DNA from: Clostridia bacterium
Lineage (GTDB): Bacteria; Bacillota; Clostridia; TANB77; CAG-508
Assembly (NCBI GenBank): GCA_017626365.1
Contig: JAGAIV010000013.1
Coordinates: 6,826-70,825 of the forward strand
Reading direction: 5' to 3'
DNA length: 64,000 bases
Positions 22,005-33,055 of the stretch are shown one piece after another; the stretch's first letter is position 1, and each line of letters begins with the position of its first letter. A model generated the notes under the pieces. That model made no database searches. It saw nothing but the letters and a program-made list of their open reading frames with translations, and was not told where the DNA came from. A program made the position numbers and the translations under genes.

Positions 22005-23279
22005 TTACCATTCTTTCTTAGAATTAATTAACTCTGCAATATAACCAATTAAACAATAAGGTGCTAATATGAATGCATACAATAAAACATAGAAAATAAA
22101 AGCTAAGATACTTCTTTTTTCTAACTTACATTCAATTTCTTTTAGCATATTTTTTCTTCTAATTTCAATAATTAAGCAAAGTATCATTCCAAGGAAAATA
22201 ACAATTAAAGACATCCATCCAATGAGTAATTGATTTCCTAAAGCGAGTAGTATTAATCCTAGTGGTACAAATATTAAAAGTGCAAGATCTATAAAAGGGA
22301 AAAATAGATTTAAGCACATTAAAAATTTCGATTTAAAGTTAAGTTCTTTTGATGTTACTGTTTTTACTTTTTTAAAAGCTTCAATCATTCCTCTTGCCCA
22401 TCGTGTTCTTTGATTACCTAAAGTACTTAATTTTTCAGGAACTTCTGTGAAAGCAATTGCATTTTTTGCAAAATTTGTTTCATATCCTTTACTTAATAAT
22501 TCCCAAGTTAAAACAATATCTTCTCCTACACAGTTTTGCCATCCACCAATTTCTTTTAAAAGCTCTGTTTTATAAGCACTAAATGCACCTTGTGCAACTA
22601 ATGTGGAATTATAATTACTTTGATATAGTTTTACGCCAAATATTCCTAAAGTATAATCCCATTCTTGCAATTTAGTTATAAAGCTTTCTTTTGCATTTTT
22701 CACAAAAAGACATCCAGCAGTAGCTGCAGTTTCCTTATTAGAAGACGTTAATTTACTCATAATATTTCTTACTGCTAATGGGTGAAGAACAGTGTCACTA
22801 TCTACTGTGATAGTATAATCTGTTTTTACATGTTGTAAACCTTTATTTAAAGCAAAGGCTTTTCCCATATGGGCTGATTCGAATAGTGTTATTTCAGAAT
22901 CTTGTTCCATAGATTTTAGCAAGTCTAAAGAGCCATCTGTTGAACCGTCATCTATTATATGAATATAAATATTTCCACAATATTTTTGCTTTTTAATAGA
23001 TCCAATTGTTTCTTTAATACATTTTTTTGCATTGTAAACAGGTATTAAAATAGTAACATCTTCCTCTTTTTTTATGCATGCTTTTTCTTCTTTTTTATCA
23101 CGCAACAAACTAATAAGCATAAATACAAAATTAAATCCAGGAACTAAAGCGATGAATGTTACAAGGTATATTGCTAAGAAATATCCGAATGAACAAGCAA
23201 TATCAATAATCCAAGGAATGTTTACAAAAATAGAGCAGATAAAATAAAAAGATGCAATCATAGTTGATATTAAAAACAT
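22005..23279 (-). CDS. family-2 processive glycosyltransferase (PgaC/IcaA/cellulose-synthase-like)
   Basis: DDGSTDGS, DSD and QRTRWARG motifs flanked by TM helices. RBS-supported start at MFLISTM (23279). Confidence 0.7.
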   Translation of the reverse strand: MFLISTMIASFYFICSIFVNIPWIIDIACSFGYFLAIYLVTFIALVPGFNFVFMLISLLRDKKEEKACIKKEEDVTILIPVYNAKKCIKETIGSIKKQKYCGNIYIHIIDDGSTDGSLDLLKSMEQDSEITLFESAHMGKAFALNKGLQHVKTDYTITVDSDTVLHPLAVRNIMSKLTSSNKETAATAGCLFVKNAKESFITKLQEWDYTLGIFGVKLYQSNYNSTLVAQGAFSAYKTELLKEIGGWQNCVGEDIVLTWELLSKGYETNFAKNAIAFTEVPEKLSTLGNQRTRWARGMIEAFKKVKTVTSKELNFKSKFLMCLNLFFPFIDLALLIFVPLGLILLALGNQLLIGWMSLIVIFLGMILCLIIEIRRKNMLKEIECKLEKRSILAFIFYVLLYAFILAPYCLIGYIAELINSKKEW

Positions 23280-23385
23280 TTTTATCACCCCCATATTGCA
23301 TCATATGAAAATGGAGAAAAAAGGTGATAATAATAAAAATGGCGAAAATTTTTTTTATGAATATGATATATATGGGTGAAGATAA

Positions 23386-24180
23386 ATGAATTTTAAGAAA
23401 ATTTTAATTATAGTAGTGATTGTGGTAATAGCAATGGGACTTTTTTTTACTTTTCATCAATATAAAAATAATAAAAGAGTAGATGCTAAAGTTCCGGTAC
23501 TACTTTACCATGATTTTGTTAAAATCGTTCCATGCGAAGATCCAGATAATTTCAACTATATTAATACACCTGAAAGTTTTGAAGAAAATATTAAAACGAT
23601 TTTAGAAAATGGATATACCATCATATCTATGCAAGAATTAAATGATGCATATAATCTAAAAACAGAATTACCATCAAAGCCGATAATAATAACTTTTGAT
23701 GATGGATATTATAGTAATTATGAATATATATATCCTATCTTAAAGAAATATAATGTGAAAGTTTCTATATTTATAGTTACGGATAAAGTGGGAAAGAAAA
23801 TAGACGGTAAAAAATATCTAGGATGGAATGAGTGTTTAGAAATGCAAAATAGTGGACTTGTAGAAATATTTAGCCATAGTAAAAGACATGTATTCTATGA
23901 TAAACTAGGCGCTAGGGTAATTCGTGATGATGTAAAGGAATCTTATCAGGAAATAGAAAAAAATTTAGGAAAGCAGAATTTAAAAGTATTTGCCTATCCC
24001 TATGGGGCATATACAAAAGAAGCTGTATGGGCACTAAAACAAAATGGGATTGATATGCAAGTATATGATATTGGAATGAATTACTTTAATAAATTGAATA
24101 AAGATTATATAAAAAGAATTAATATTCCATGCGAAATGACTGGAAAAGAAATAGTGGAAGAAATTACTAAAACAAATTAA
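23386..24180 (+). CDS. polysaccharide deacetylase (NodB homology domain) with N-terminal TM anchor
   Basis: IITFDDGY...FSHSKRH motifs. Divergent from the GT2 gene. Confidence 0.75.
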   Translation: MNFKKILIIVVIVVIAMGLFFTFHQYKNNKRVDAKVPVLLYHDFVKIVPCEDPDNFNYINTPESFEENIKTILENGYTIISMQELNDAYNLKTELPSKPIIITFDDGYYSNYEYIYPILKKYNVKVSIFIVTDKVGKKIDGKKYLGWNECLEMQNSGLVEIFSHSKRHVFYDKLGARVIRDDVKESYQEIEKNLGKQNLKVFAYPYGAYTKEAVWALKQNGIDMQVYDIGMNYFNKLNKDYIKRINIPCEMTGKEIVEEITKTN

Positions 24181-24206
24181 ATTGATTGTGATAACATGAA
24201 CAAAAA

Positions 24207-24235
24207 CTCAGAAGTTTTGAAACTTCTGAGTTTTG
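24207..24235 (+). terminator. terminator hairpin
   Basis: actcagaagttt-tgaa-acttctgagt plus T's. Confidence 0.65.
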
Positions 24236-24422
24236 ATATTGTCTAACGTTTGTTAAATTACAAATGCACAAAAATAAGTACTTTTGAATACTTTTGTATA
24301 TTACTTGTATATTATATGTATGAGCATATAATAAAGAATAAATAAAAAAACTATCGACAATGTCAAACAAAACTTCTATAATATATAAAAATAAATACTA
24401 AATTTATTATATATAGTATGAT

Positions 24423-24474
24423 TGTCTACAATATTATTAAAATTGTAGACAAAGAAAAATCAAAGTGATATAAT
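24423..24474 (+). promoter_or_regulatory. 11-bp perfect inverted repeat (ttgtctacaat-N9-attgtagacaa) overlapping the -35 (TAGACA) of a promoter with TATAAT at 24469
   Basis: Seen directly. Positioned upstream of the surface-protein/sortase operon, so a candidate repressor operator. Confidence 0.45.
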
Positions 24475-24515
24475 TTGAATAGTTTTAAAACAAAAATTAA
24501 AGGAGGTTGTTTTTG

Positions 24516-26687
24516 GTGAATAAAACTATTAAATTAACATGTATTGTATTAATTTTAATACTATTAATGGTGCAATTTTCAACAATTGCATATGCAATTG
24601 AAGATACTACACCACCTAACATTATTTCTGTTTCATCAGATAAAAATGTTTTAAAAACAGGAGAAACTATTACTTTTAATGTGGAAGTAGAAGATGATAT
24701 TTCAGGAGCTAAAAGTTTTTTTGTACAATGGAATTTAAAAACAGATAACACTAAAACAATAACTAAACAATATGATTCTATGCAAGATGTTGGTACATAC
24801 CAATATACTATACCTGAAAATACAACTGCAGGAAAATGGGAAGCAACATATATTTCTATAAGTGACAATATGAATAATGCAAAATTTTACAATAAAAATG
24901 GATTAGACGATGGAATACTATCAAAATTTGATTTTACAGTAGAAGATACTAATCAAGATACAGAGGCTCCAATTGTAACTAATGTAAAAAGAATTACGAC
25001 TAATATTACTGCACCAGGAGAAGTTGTAGTACAATATGATATTGTAGATAATAACTCAGGTGTACAACAAAATGCTGGTGGAGTTACATATAGTCCAGCA
25101 AACGATTTATCTAGTACTATGGCTGGAAGTACGGAAAAAATAAGTGGAAATACGTATCAATCTACATTTTATTTAAATTCACAATATGAAAAATATGTAT
25201 TTGCATACATACAAGTATGTGATAATGCAGGAAATTGGAAAAACTACACAAATACAGACTTAGGTCTTACAAATGAATTAGATATAATTCCAAATAACTA
25301 TAAAGAAGACAAAACAGCACCAAAGCTTGTTTCAATAGATTATGATACAACAGAAGTGCAAATTCCAGATTATTTACAAGTTACATTTGATATAGAAGAA
25401 AAGGAATCAGGACTAAATAGTTTTCTAGGAAGAGCGTATTTTAAAAGCGATGATGGTAAATATGATAAGGAATTAATTATATCTAAAGCAATAGATAGTA
25501 ATGGAGCTTATATTGAAAATAAAGGTTCTGCTAGATTAGACTTTGGAGATGCAGAAACATTTAGAGGAGAAATATATTTATATAAAATAACATTAACAGA
25601 TGTGATGAATAATACAAAAACTTATTCATTAGAAAAAGGAGACTTTACAAAGCAAGAAATTAAAATTTCTAAAGTTGAAAAAAATTATACCCTTACAACA
25701 TCTAGTACTAAAAAAGGTTATATAAATGAAATATCAGAATTGCCAGAAGGTAGTACAGTACTATGCAATGTATTAAGAGGAAATCAAACTATAGAAAAAG
25801 AATTATTTGATGCAATAAAGGGAAAGGACATAACAATTACTTTTATGAGCCTTTACAATGCCAATTGGGAAATTAGCAGTACACTTGGTGAATTAAGTTC
25901 AAGTGACACTAATACAGGAATACAATGGATTATAAATGGTAAAGATATTATTAATGAAACAAAAGATGTTGATATGACAATAAAAATTAGTAAAAAAATA
26001 TATAGTAAATATATTCTTCCAGAATATGAAATAAATGAAAATTTAGAAATAGATTTTTGGAATAATGTAGATTTAGATAATATGAGTGAAGAGGAAATTC
26101 AAAGTAAGAGAAAAGAGTTAGTAAAATTGCAAGAAGAAGAAATCAAAAAATATTTTGATAAATTAAAACAAGATGGATATACAAATATAGACGAAGCCTA
26201 TAAAAATGCACTAGAGTTAATAGATGAAGATGTTGGATATGATTGTAAAACAGCAATAATAGATTCTAATGACTATGTTGAATATTTAAGCATAAAATTT
26301 GCAGAAAATGGAACATTACCTTGTAAAACAATTATAAGAATGAAACCAACATATGCAATGAGAGCATTAATAGGTGCAAAAGATTTAAATTTATATTATA
26401 TAGATGGAGAAAGTTATGATTTAGTTGATGATAATGTTAAAGTAGACTCAGAAAAATACTATAATTTTACAATATATCATAATAGTGAATATTGTTTAAC
26501 AAATGGTTTAATTGAAAAATTAGCTAAAGCGGAGAATACAAATAACACTGAAAATGTAGAAAATGAAAAAAAAGGTGAAAAAGATAATACTCCAAAAACT
26601 GGGGAAATAGATATAATAAGTTATGTGATATTAACAACAGTTATAGCGGGTATAGGAATAGTAGCATTAAAGAAAAAATTAAATTAA
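24516..26687 (+). CDS. sortase-anchored surface protein with three Ig-like repeats and a C-terminal TPKTG sorting signal
   Basis: N-terminal signal peptide. C-terminal NTPKTGEID, hydrophobic segment, KKKLN tail. Repeats start (T/E/K)TAP... The GTG start at 24516 follows the RBS aaaggagg. Confidence 0.6.
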   Translation: MNKTIKLTCIVLILILLMVQFSTIAYAIEDTTPPNIISVSSDKNVLKTGETITFNVEVEDDISGAKSFFVQWNLKTDNTKTITKQYDSMQDVGTYQYTIPENTTAGKWEATYISISDNMNNAKFYNKNGLDDGILSKFDFTVEDTNQDTEAPIVTNVKRITTNITAPGEVVVQYDIVDNNSGVQQNAGGVTYSPANDLSSTMAGSTEKISGNTYQSTFYLNSQYEKYVFAYIQVCDNAGNWKNYTNTDLGLTNELDIIPNNYKEDKTAPKLVSIDYDTTEVQIPDYLQVTFDIEEKESGLNSFLGRAYFKSDDGKYDKELIISKAIDSNGAYIENKGSARLDFGDAETFRGEIYLYKITLTDVMNNTKTYSLEKGDFTKQEIKISKVEKNYTLTTSSTKKGYINEISELPEGSTVLCNVLRGNQTIEKELFDAIKGKDITITFMSLYNANWEISSTLGELSSSDTNTGIQWIINGKDIINETKDVDMTIKISKKIYSKYILPEYEINENLEIDFWNNVDLDNMSEEEIQSKRKELVKLQEEEIKKYFDKLKQDGYTNIDEAYKNALELIDEDVGYDCKTAIIDSNDYVEYLSIKFAENGTLPCKTIIRMKPTYAMRALIGAKDLNLYYIDGESYDLVDDNVKVDSEKYYNFTIYHNSEYCLTNGLIEKLAKAENTNNTENVENEKKGEKDNTPKTGEIDIISYVILTTVIAGIGIVALKKKLN

Positions 26688-26756
26688 TTTGTTAATAATA
26701 TAGGAGTAGTGATTTAAGTTACTACTCCACTTTTAATAAGAAAGGTATTTATAAAA

Positions 26757-27530
26757 ATGAAATCAAGACATGGCAAGCGAAGTAATAATTTAAAGAAGAT
26801 AATTCTGATAATTTTAATAATAATTATTATACTTAGCATTAGTTATATGGTGTACTATTTTTACAATAACTATAAAAATAAAATAGATAATACTGATATA
26901 TTAAATAATATTGAAATAGATAAGACACAAATGACAGAACAAAAGACAGAACGTATGCTACAAATTGAAGAACTACAAAAGAAAAATCAAGAAATTATGG
27001 GTTGGTTAGAAATTGAAGGAACCAATATTAATTACCCAGTATTACAAACTAATGATAATGATTTTTATTTAACTCATAATTATAAAAAAGAAAATGCTAG
27101 TACTGGTAGTCTATTTTTAGATAAAGATTTCGATTTAATAAATGGTAGTTCTAATTATTTGATATATGGACATAGAAACAAGCAAGGATTAATGTTTGAA
27201 GATTTAATGAAATATGCAAAAGAAGATTTTTATAAGGAACATACTAAAATAAAATTTACTACCAATAAAGAAGAGAGTACTTATGAAATAATGTCAGTAT
27301 TTTATTCAAGAGTATATTATAAAAGTGAACAAAATGTATTTAGATATTATTATTTTGTAAATGCTAATAATGAACAAGAATATAACGATTTTGTCAATAA
27401 TGCTAAAAAAGCAAGTATTTATGATACTGGTGTTAATGCGAATTATGGAGAGCAACTTTTGACATTATCAACTTGTGAATATTCTCAAGAAGATGGAAGA
27501 TTTGTTGTAGTAGCTAAAAAAATAAATTAA
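26757..27530 (+). CDS. srtB: class B sortase
   Basis: N-terminal TM, YGHR and TLSTC motifs. Adjacent to a (S/N/T)PKTG substrate. Confidence 0.75.
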   Translation: MKSRHGKRSNNLKKIILIILIIIIILSISYMVYYFYNNYKNKIDNTDILNNIEIDKTQMTEQKTERMLQIEELQKKNQEIMGWLEIEGTNINYPVLQTNDNDFYLTHNYKKENASTGSLFLDKDFDLINGSSNYLIYGHRNKQGLMFEDLMKYAKEDFYKEHTKIKFTTNKEESTYEIMSVFYSRVYYKSEQNVFRYYYFVNANNEQEYNDFVNNAKKASIYDTGVNANYGEQLLTLSTCEYSQEDGRFVVVAKKIN

Positions 27531-27640
27531 TTATATGAAAAATTGATATTCTAAAAAATGAGTTATGCATATTACTTATCAATTTTTCATAGATTTAACT
27601 AGTTTTAAATAGATTTAGATAAAATAAAAGAAACCCTGTA

Positions 27641-27676
27641 TTTCCAATGAAAATAGGGTTTCTGTAAGGCTTTTGG
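27641..27676 (-). terminator. terminator for rpsI
   Basis: gaaaccct...agggtttc hairpin with T-run on the minus strand. Confidence 0.55.
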
Positions 27677-27700
27677 TTGGTACCTGAAATTGCCTTGTAA

Positions 27701-28108
27701 TTATCTCTTACTAAATTGTGGAGCCTTACGAGCTTTTTTAAGACCATATTTCTTTCTTTCTTTCATACGAGGATCTCTTGTTAAGAATCCATTTGCTTTT
27801 AAAGCTGGTCTATATTCAGCGTTTGCTTCATTTAGAGCTCTTGCAATACCATGACGGATTGCTCCAGCTTGACCTGTAAATCCACCACCTACTACTTTAC
27901 AAATAACATCATATTTAGATAATGTATCTGTAACTGTTAATGGTTGTCTTACGATAACTTTTAATGTTTCTAAACCAAAGTATTCATCAATACTTTTATC
28001 ATTTACAGTAATAACACCAGTTCCTTCTACTAATCTAACTCTTGCAATTGAACTTTTTCTTCTACCTGTACCATAGAATACTATTTTTTCTTTTTTTGCT
28101 TTAGGCAT
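27701..28108 (-). CDS. rpsI: 30S ribosomal protein S9
   Basis: Ends ...[12 protein letters not shown]. Confidence 0.9.
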   Translation of the reverse strand: MPKAKKEKIVFYGTGRRKSSIARVRLVEGTGVITVNDKSIDEYFGLETLKVIVRQPLTVTDTLSKYDVICKVVGGGFTGQAGAIRHGIARALNEANAEYRPALKANGFLTRDPRMKERKKYGLKKARKAPQFSKR

Positions 28109-28131
28109 TTAATTTTCCTCCTTAAATATTT

Positions 28132-28566
28132 CTAGAATTCCCATTTTTCTGGTTTTTGAGCTTCATTTTCATGTTCGCTTCCAGCATATAATCTTAATTT
28201 TTTAACCATTTGTCTACCAAGTGAGTTGTGTGGTAACATTCCTTTTACAGCATGCATCATGGCTTTTTCAGGATTTGTTGCTAATAAATCTCTTGCTACT
28301 ATTTCTTTCATTCCACCAATGTATCCTGAATGATGTCTGTAAACTTTTTGGTCTAATTTATGACCTGTTAAAACTACTTTTGAACAATTAATGATAATAA
28401 CATGATCACCAGCATCCATATTAGGTGTATAAGTAGGCTTGTGTTTTCCTCTTAGTAATTTTGCAGCTTCTGTTGCAACTCTACCTAATGGTTTTCCTTC
28501 TGCATCAATGATATACCATTTTCTTTGAATTTCATCTTTTTTTATACTATATGTTGTATTATTCAT
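28132..28566 (-). CDS. rplM: 50S ribosomal protein L13
   Basis: Conserved L13 sequence. The 5' UTR at 28567..about 28700 may be an L13 leader. Confidence 0.9.
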   Translation of the reverse strand: MNNTTYSIKKDEIQRKWYIIDAEGKPLGRVATEAAKLLRGKHKPTYTPNMDAGDHVIIINCSKVVLTGHKLDQKVYRHHSGYIGGMKEIVARDLLATNPEKAMMHAVKGMLPHNSLGRQMVKKLRLYAGSEHENEAQKPEKWEF

Positions 28567-28784
28567 GGTAATAAATACCCTCCATTCATATTATATATAA
28601 TTTTCTTTGTTAGAACTATAAAATAAACTACCGGGGAGAAGCTTATTTTTACTTACTAACACATAATGCTTAATTATTCTAATACAAATTAAAGAAAAAG
28701 TCAAGATTTCCATGCAAATTTGTTTACATTTTACTATAAATAATGATATAATTTAACAAGAAATATTGAAAGGATGAAGTAACG

Positions 28785-29621
28785 ATGAAAATAAATGTAA
28801 GAACCATTATATTTGGAATCATAATTATTATTTGTATAATTGCAGTAGGAATGGCAATATATATACCATTTACTAATAACAAACCAGAGCCAACAAATAC
28901 AGTAGATAATCCATCAAGTATAACACAGGAAAATAAAATATTAGCCCAAAATTTTAATAAGATATTCGAAAATAAATTAGACTATCAAGGATATAATGTA
29001 GATACATTAGGAATTGTGAAAAATAATCGAGATAAAGACATTATATATACTGTAGTAGAAACAAAAAGAGTTGTAGATAATAGATATGATATTGATTTGA
29101 AAATTCCTATTATTAATATTTCAAATAATATGTCAGTAGAGCGTTTTAACGAAAAAATACAATCTTTATTTGTAGACAAGGCAAATGACATTATGAAAAA
29201 TGCTACACAAAACACAATCTACAGTATTGATTATATGGCGTATGTAAATACAAATATCTTATCATTAGTGATTCGTTCTACATTAAAAGAAGGAAACAAT
29301 CCACAAAGAGTTATTATTCAAACATATAACTATAATTTAAGTACAAATGAAGAAATAACACTAGAACAGATATTAGATATTAAAGGATTAAATAAACAAA
29401 CAGTAGAAAGTACTGTTGCAACCCAAGTGCAACTTGCGAATGAGGAAGCAGAAAACTTAAAACGTTTAGGCTATAATGTATATACAAGAGACTTAACAAG
29501 TAGCATTTACAAATTAGAAAATACAGATAATTATATGTTAGGAGCAGATAACAAACTATATATTATTTATCCATATGGAAATGCAAATTTTACAGATGAA
29601 ATGGATGTAATTGTATTTTAA
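28785..29621 (+). CDS. membrane-anchored hypothetical protein (DUF4163/DUF3298-like?)
   Basis: N-terminal TM followed by an extracellular domain. Promoter TTTACA-18-TATAAT upstream. Confidence 0.3.
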   Translation: MKINVRTIIFGIIIIICIIAVGMAIYIPFTNNKPEPTNTVDNPSSITQENKILAQNFNKIFENKLDYQGYNVDTLGIVKNNRDKDIIYTVVETKRVVDNRYDIDLKIPIINISNNMSVERFNEKIQSLFVDKANDIMKNATQNTIYSIDYMAYVNTNILSLVIRSTLKEGNNPQRVIIQTYNYNLSTNEEITLEQILDIKGLNKQTVESTVATQVQLANEEAENLKRLGYNVYTRDLTSSIYKLENTDNYMLGADNKLYIIYPYGNANFTDEMDVIVF

Positions 29622-29628
29622 AAAAATA

Positions 29629-29660
29629 AATCGACTAGTATGTTTTACTAGTCGATTTTT
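29629..29660 (+). terminator. terminator
   Basis: aaatcgactagta-tgtttt-actagtcgattttt. Confidence 0.65.
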
Positions 29661-29885
29661 GAAAATAAAAGGGGATGTTTTAAATATAAGGAAAGTATCC
29701 AAAAATGTGAACGGTGCTTTGCACCGGCTTAAGGTAACTTAACCTTATTTCATAGTAAAAATCTAATAATTATTACTATGAAATAAGAAAATTAGATTCT
29801 TTACTTATACTTTTTATAAAGTTATCTTATAAAAGAATTTTGTCCGTTTTGTGAACTTAGAGTGTAAAGTTTGAAAATTAATTTT

Positions 29886-31116
29886 TTAAGGTTGTTCCAT
29901 AAGGGTTAAAGTAATATCAATTTCTTTACCTTCACGATTTACTTTTAAAGTCATTTGGTCACCAATTTTATGAGAATTTTTAATATCATTTAGTTCTTCC
30001 ATTGTTTTAATTTCTTTTCCATCAGCTGCAACAATTACATCACCGATTTTAACTCCAGCTTTTTCTGCCGCAGAAAAGGTGTCAATATTTTTTACATAGA
30101 TACCAACTACTAATTTATTATATTCAGCAGTTTTTTCATCTAAGTCTAATCCAGTTATACCAATATATGGCCTTTTTACTTTATTATATTGAATTAATTG
30201 CTCATAAATTTCTTTTGTTGAATTAATAGGAATTGCAAATCCCATACCTTCAATTCCAGTGCCAGAAAGTTTTAAAGTATTAATTCCAATTACTTTTCCT
30301 TCTGCATTTACTAGAGCACCACCACTGTTTCCAGAATTAATAGCAGCATCTGTTTGAATTAAGGTATAAGTTTTTCCATCAGAATCTGTTACTTTACGGT
30401 TAACTGCACTTATGATACCAGCTGTAACACTACTTTGCATACCAAGTGGGTTACCAATTGCCATTGAAAATTCACCAACTGTTACACTATCAGAATCACC
30501 AAGTTCAGCAGGTGTTAATCCTGTTTTATCAATTTTAATAACAGCGAGATCAGTTTGTTCATCTGTTCCAACGATTGTTGCTGTATACTCAGTTTTATCA
30601 TTATATAAGTATACACTTACTTTGTTTGCTTTTTCAATTTCATAATAAGAATTATTAGAAGTAGAATTAACAATATGATTATTTGTTAGAATATATCCAT
30701 CTTCTGAAATAATAATTCCAGAACCTTCCGCTGAAGCAGTGGTCGAATTTCTTAAAAAGATAGAATTAGCGGTATATTCTACTTTAATTCCTACAATAGA
30801 AGGTAGAACTTTGTTTGCTACATTCATACCAGTATCTGAATAATTGGTTAAAGAGATGCTAGTTAAAGAACTAGGGGTATGCTGATCTCCGTGATGTAGC
30901 AGATGTTTCGATTAGTTTTGTATTTTGAAAAATAGTATCTCGAATTTGAGGAATACCAAAACAAGTCCCAATTACTAAAGTTGCCCCAATAGCTCCAGAG
31001 ACGAAAGGTAATAATACACTTTTTGAAAATGTATTATTTGTTTTTTTACTTTTTGTTTCATTTTCAGACATATCGATGACTTGATATGTTTTTTTATCAT
31101 TCAAATTTTCATCCAT
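29886..31116 (-). CDS. htrA: HtrA/DegP serine protease (TM anchor, trypsin domain, PDZ), reading frame interrupted once
   Basis: The N-terminal TM ORF (31116..30871) and the protease/PDZ ORF (30827..29886) join as ...SATS[CGG->G]DQHTPSSL...NYSDTGMNVANK when one C is removed at plus 30889-30891 (TCA CGG AGA). Catalytic residues: ...HIV, ...D..., GNSGGAL. Confidence 0.8.
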
Positions 31117-31295
31117 ATTAAAAACCTCCAATTTTAATAATAATATAACCTAAATCAAACCTATCATACAACAGTTTTGTGAAAAAAATGTGAAAAATGA
31201 TAGAAAAAAATAATAAAATTTTATTGAAATAATATTTTCTAATAGATATAATATAAATAGAAAGTTAAAATAAACTTAAAAAGTGAGGAAAATTT

Positions 31296-31766
31296 ATGAA
31301 AAAAATAGGAGAAAAAGGGATAACTCTAACAACATTGGTGATTACGATTATTGTTCTTATAATTATTACATCTGTTGGAATTTATACAGGAACAGAAGTT
31401 ATTAAACAAGCAAATTTACAAAATATTAATACAAATATGATGCTAATACAAGCGAAAACAAAAACGATTTCAGAGCAAGCAAAATTTAATAAAGATACTT
31501 CAAATTATAAAGGAACTAAGCTTACGGATATAACAGGAAATGAGAAAATAGATAAATTAGTAACAGACAATATAATAGATGACAAAGAAAACTACTATTT
31601 ATTACAACAATCCGATTTAAATGAAATGGGATTAGAAAAAATAAGTTTAGAAGATGGATATATTGTAAATTATAGTACAAACGAAATTATATATGTAAGA
31701 GGATTTGAAGCAAATAATAAAACATATTATAAACTTTCCGAAATGAAAGATTTAAAAATAGAATAG
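31296..31766 (+). CDS. prepilin-like small protein (MKKIGEKG|ITLTTL...), paralogous N-terminus to the 3578 protein
   Basis: Short basic leader, Gly, then a hydrophobic helix. Promoter TTGAAA-17-TATAAT upstream. Confidence 0.45.
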   Translation: MKKIGEKGITLTTLVITIIVLIIITSVGIYTGTEVIKQANLQNINTNMMLIQAKTKTISEQAKFNKDTSNYKGTKLTDITGNEKIDKLVTDNIIDDKENYYLLQQSDLNEMGLEKISLEDGYIVNYSTNEIIYVRGFEANNKTYYKLSEMKDLKIE

Positions 31767-31776
31767 GATAAGAAAA

Positions 31777-32409
31777 ATGAAAGAAAAAGAAGAAATACGA
31801 CTAAAAAAATTAAAAGAAATAGAAGAAAAAATTTATCAAGATAATAAAGAAATAAACTATATTTGTGGAATTGATGAAGCAGGAAGAGGACCTCTTGCAG
31901 GACCAGTTGTTGTAGCAAGTGTAATTATGCCAAAAGATTCAATGATAGAAGGAGTAAACGATTCTAAAAAAGTGTCCGAAAAGAAACGAGAAGAACTATA
32001 TGATAAAATTATAGAAGAAGCAATTAGCTATGGAGTTGGCATTATAGACCAAAATGAAATTGATGAAATAAACATATTAGAAGCGACGAAAAAAGGATTA
32101 ACAGCATCAATAAAAGAGCTAACTGTAAAACCAGATGTCATTTTAGTGGATGCATTAAAAGAAATTGATACGTTAGGAATTTCGTACAAGTCTATTATAA
32201 AAGGAGATGCTCTTTGCTATTCGATTTCAGCAGCATCTATTATTGCAAAAGTAACAAGGGATAGAATTATGAGGCAGTGGGATGAGATATATCCACAATA
32301 TGGATTTGAAAAACATAAGGGATATGGAACAGCAGCACACATAGCAGCAATTAAAGAATATGGGATTTGTCCAATTCACAGAAGAAGTTTTACAAAGAAT
32401 TTTATATAA
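31777..32409 (+). CDS. rnhB: ribonuclease HII
   Basis: GIDEAGRGPLAGPVV motif. Confidence 0.85.
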   Translation: MKEKEEIRLKKLKEIEEKIYQDNKEINYICGIDEAGRGPLAGPVVVASVIMPKDSMIEGVNDSKKVSEKKREELYDKIIEEAISYGVGIIDQNEIDEINILEATKKGLTASIKELTVKPDVILVDALKEIDTLGISYKSIIKGDALCYSISAASIIAKVTRDRIMRQWDEIYPQYGFEKHKGYGTAAHIAAIKEYGICPIHRRSFTKNFI

Positions 32410-32427
32410 AGGAAAAAGAAGACAATT

Positions 32428-32916
32428 CTAACGAGAATAGTCTTCTTCTTGTTTTTGTGGATAATAAGTGCAATGATTAGATGTAATTTGATCTATTTTA
32501 TAAACATCATGATCAAGTTCACAGATTTTCTTTCCATTTAGATCGAAATATCTAGTAAGTACAGTACAGGTATCTTTTACAAAGGTTTGCTTTGTATAAA
32601 TTAATTTATTATCTTCTAGTTTGTAAGAAAAAATTTTCTCATTATAAGGTTTATGAAATACAATGCTAAAAGAACGATTCGTTATTGATACACTGATAAT
32701 ATCATCAAGTAGTTGACTTATTTGGAAAAGCGACAAATGATTACATTTTGGGAGAAGTTTCCCTAAAAGTGATACAACTACAGGATGAGTATATAGGCCT
32801 TCGCAAACTCCTCTTTCACTTAATAAGATTTGAAGTTCTTCTAATGTAAAAAAATGAGAGGTTTTTTCAAGATATTCAGTTTTATTTAATTTTGAATAAG
32901 ATTGATTTGAATTCAT
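32428..32916 (-). CDS. hypothetical protein
   Basis: ORF with RBS taggag. No family recognised. Confidence 0.3.
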   Translation of the reverse strand: MNSNQSYSKLNKTEYLEKTSHFFTLEELQILLSERGVCEGLYTHPVVVSLLGKLLPKCNHLSLFQISQLLDDIISVSITNRSFSIVFHKPYNEKIFSYKLEDNKLIYTKQTFVKDTCTVLTRYFDLNGKKICELDHDVYKIDQITSNHCTYYPQKQEEDYSR

Positions 32917-33055
32917 AAGATCTCCTAAATTTTACATAAATTTACAAATATAGTATAGCAAAAATAGAAACAAAAGTCAATATTATGTATACAAAAAGTA
33001 AAGTTGCATAAAACTTTAACAAGTGATAAAATGCTAAAAGAATGGGAGGATATAT

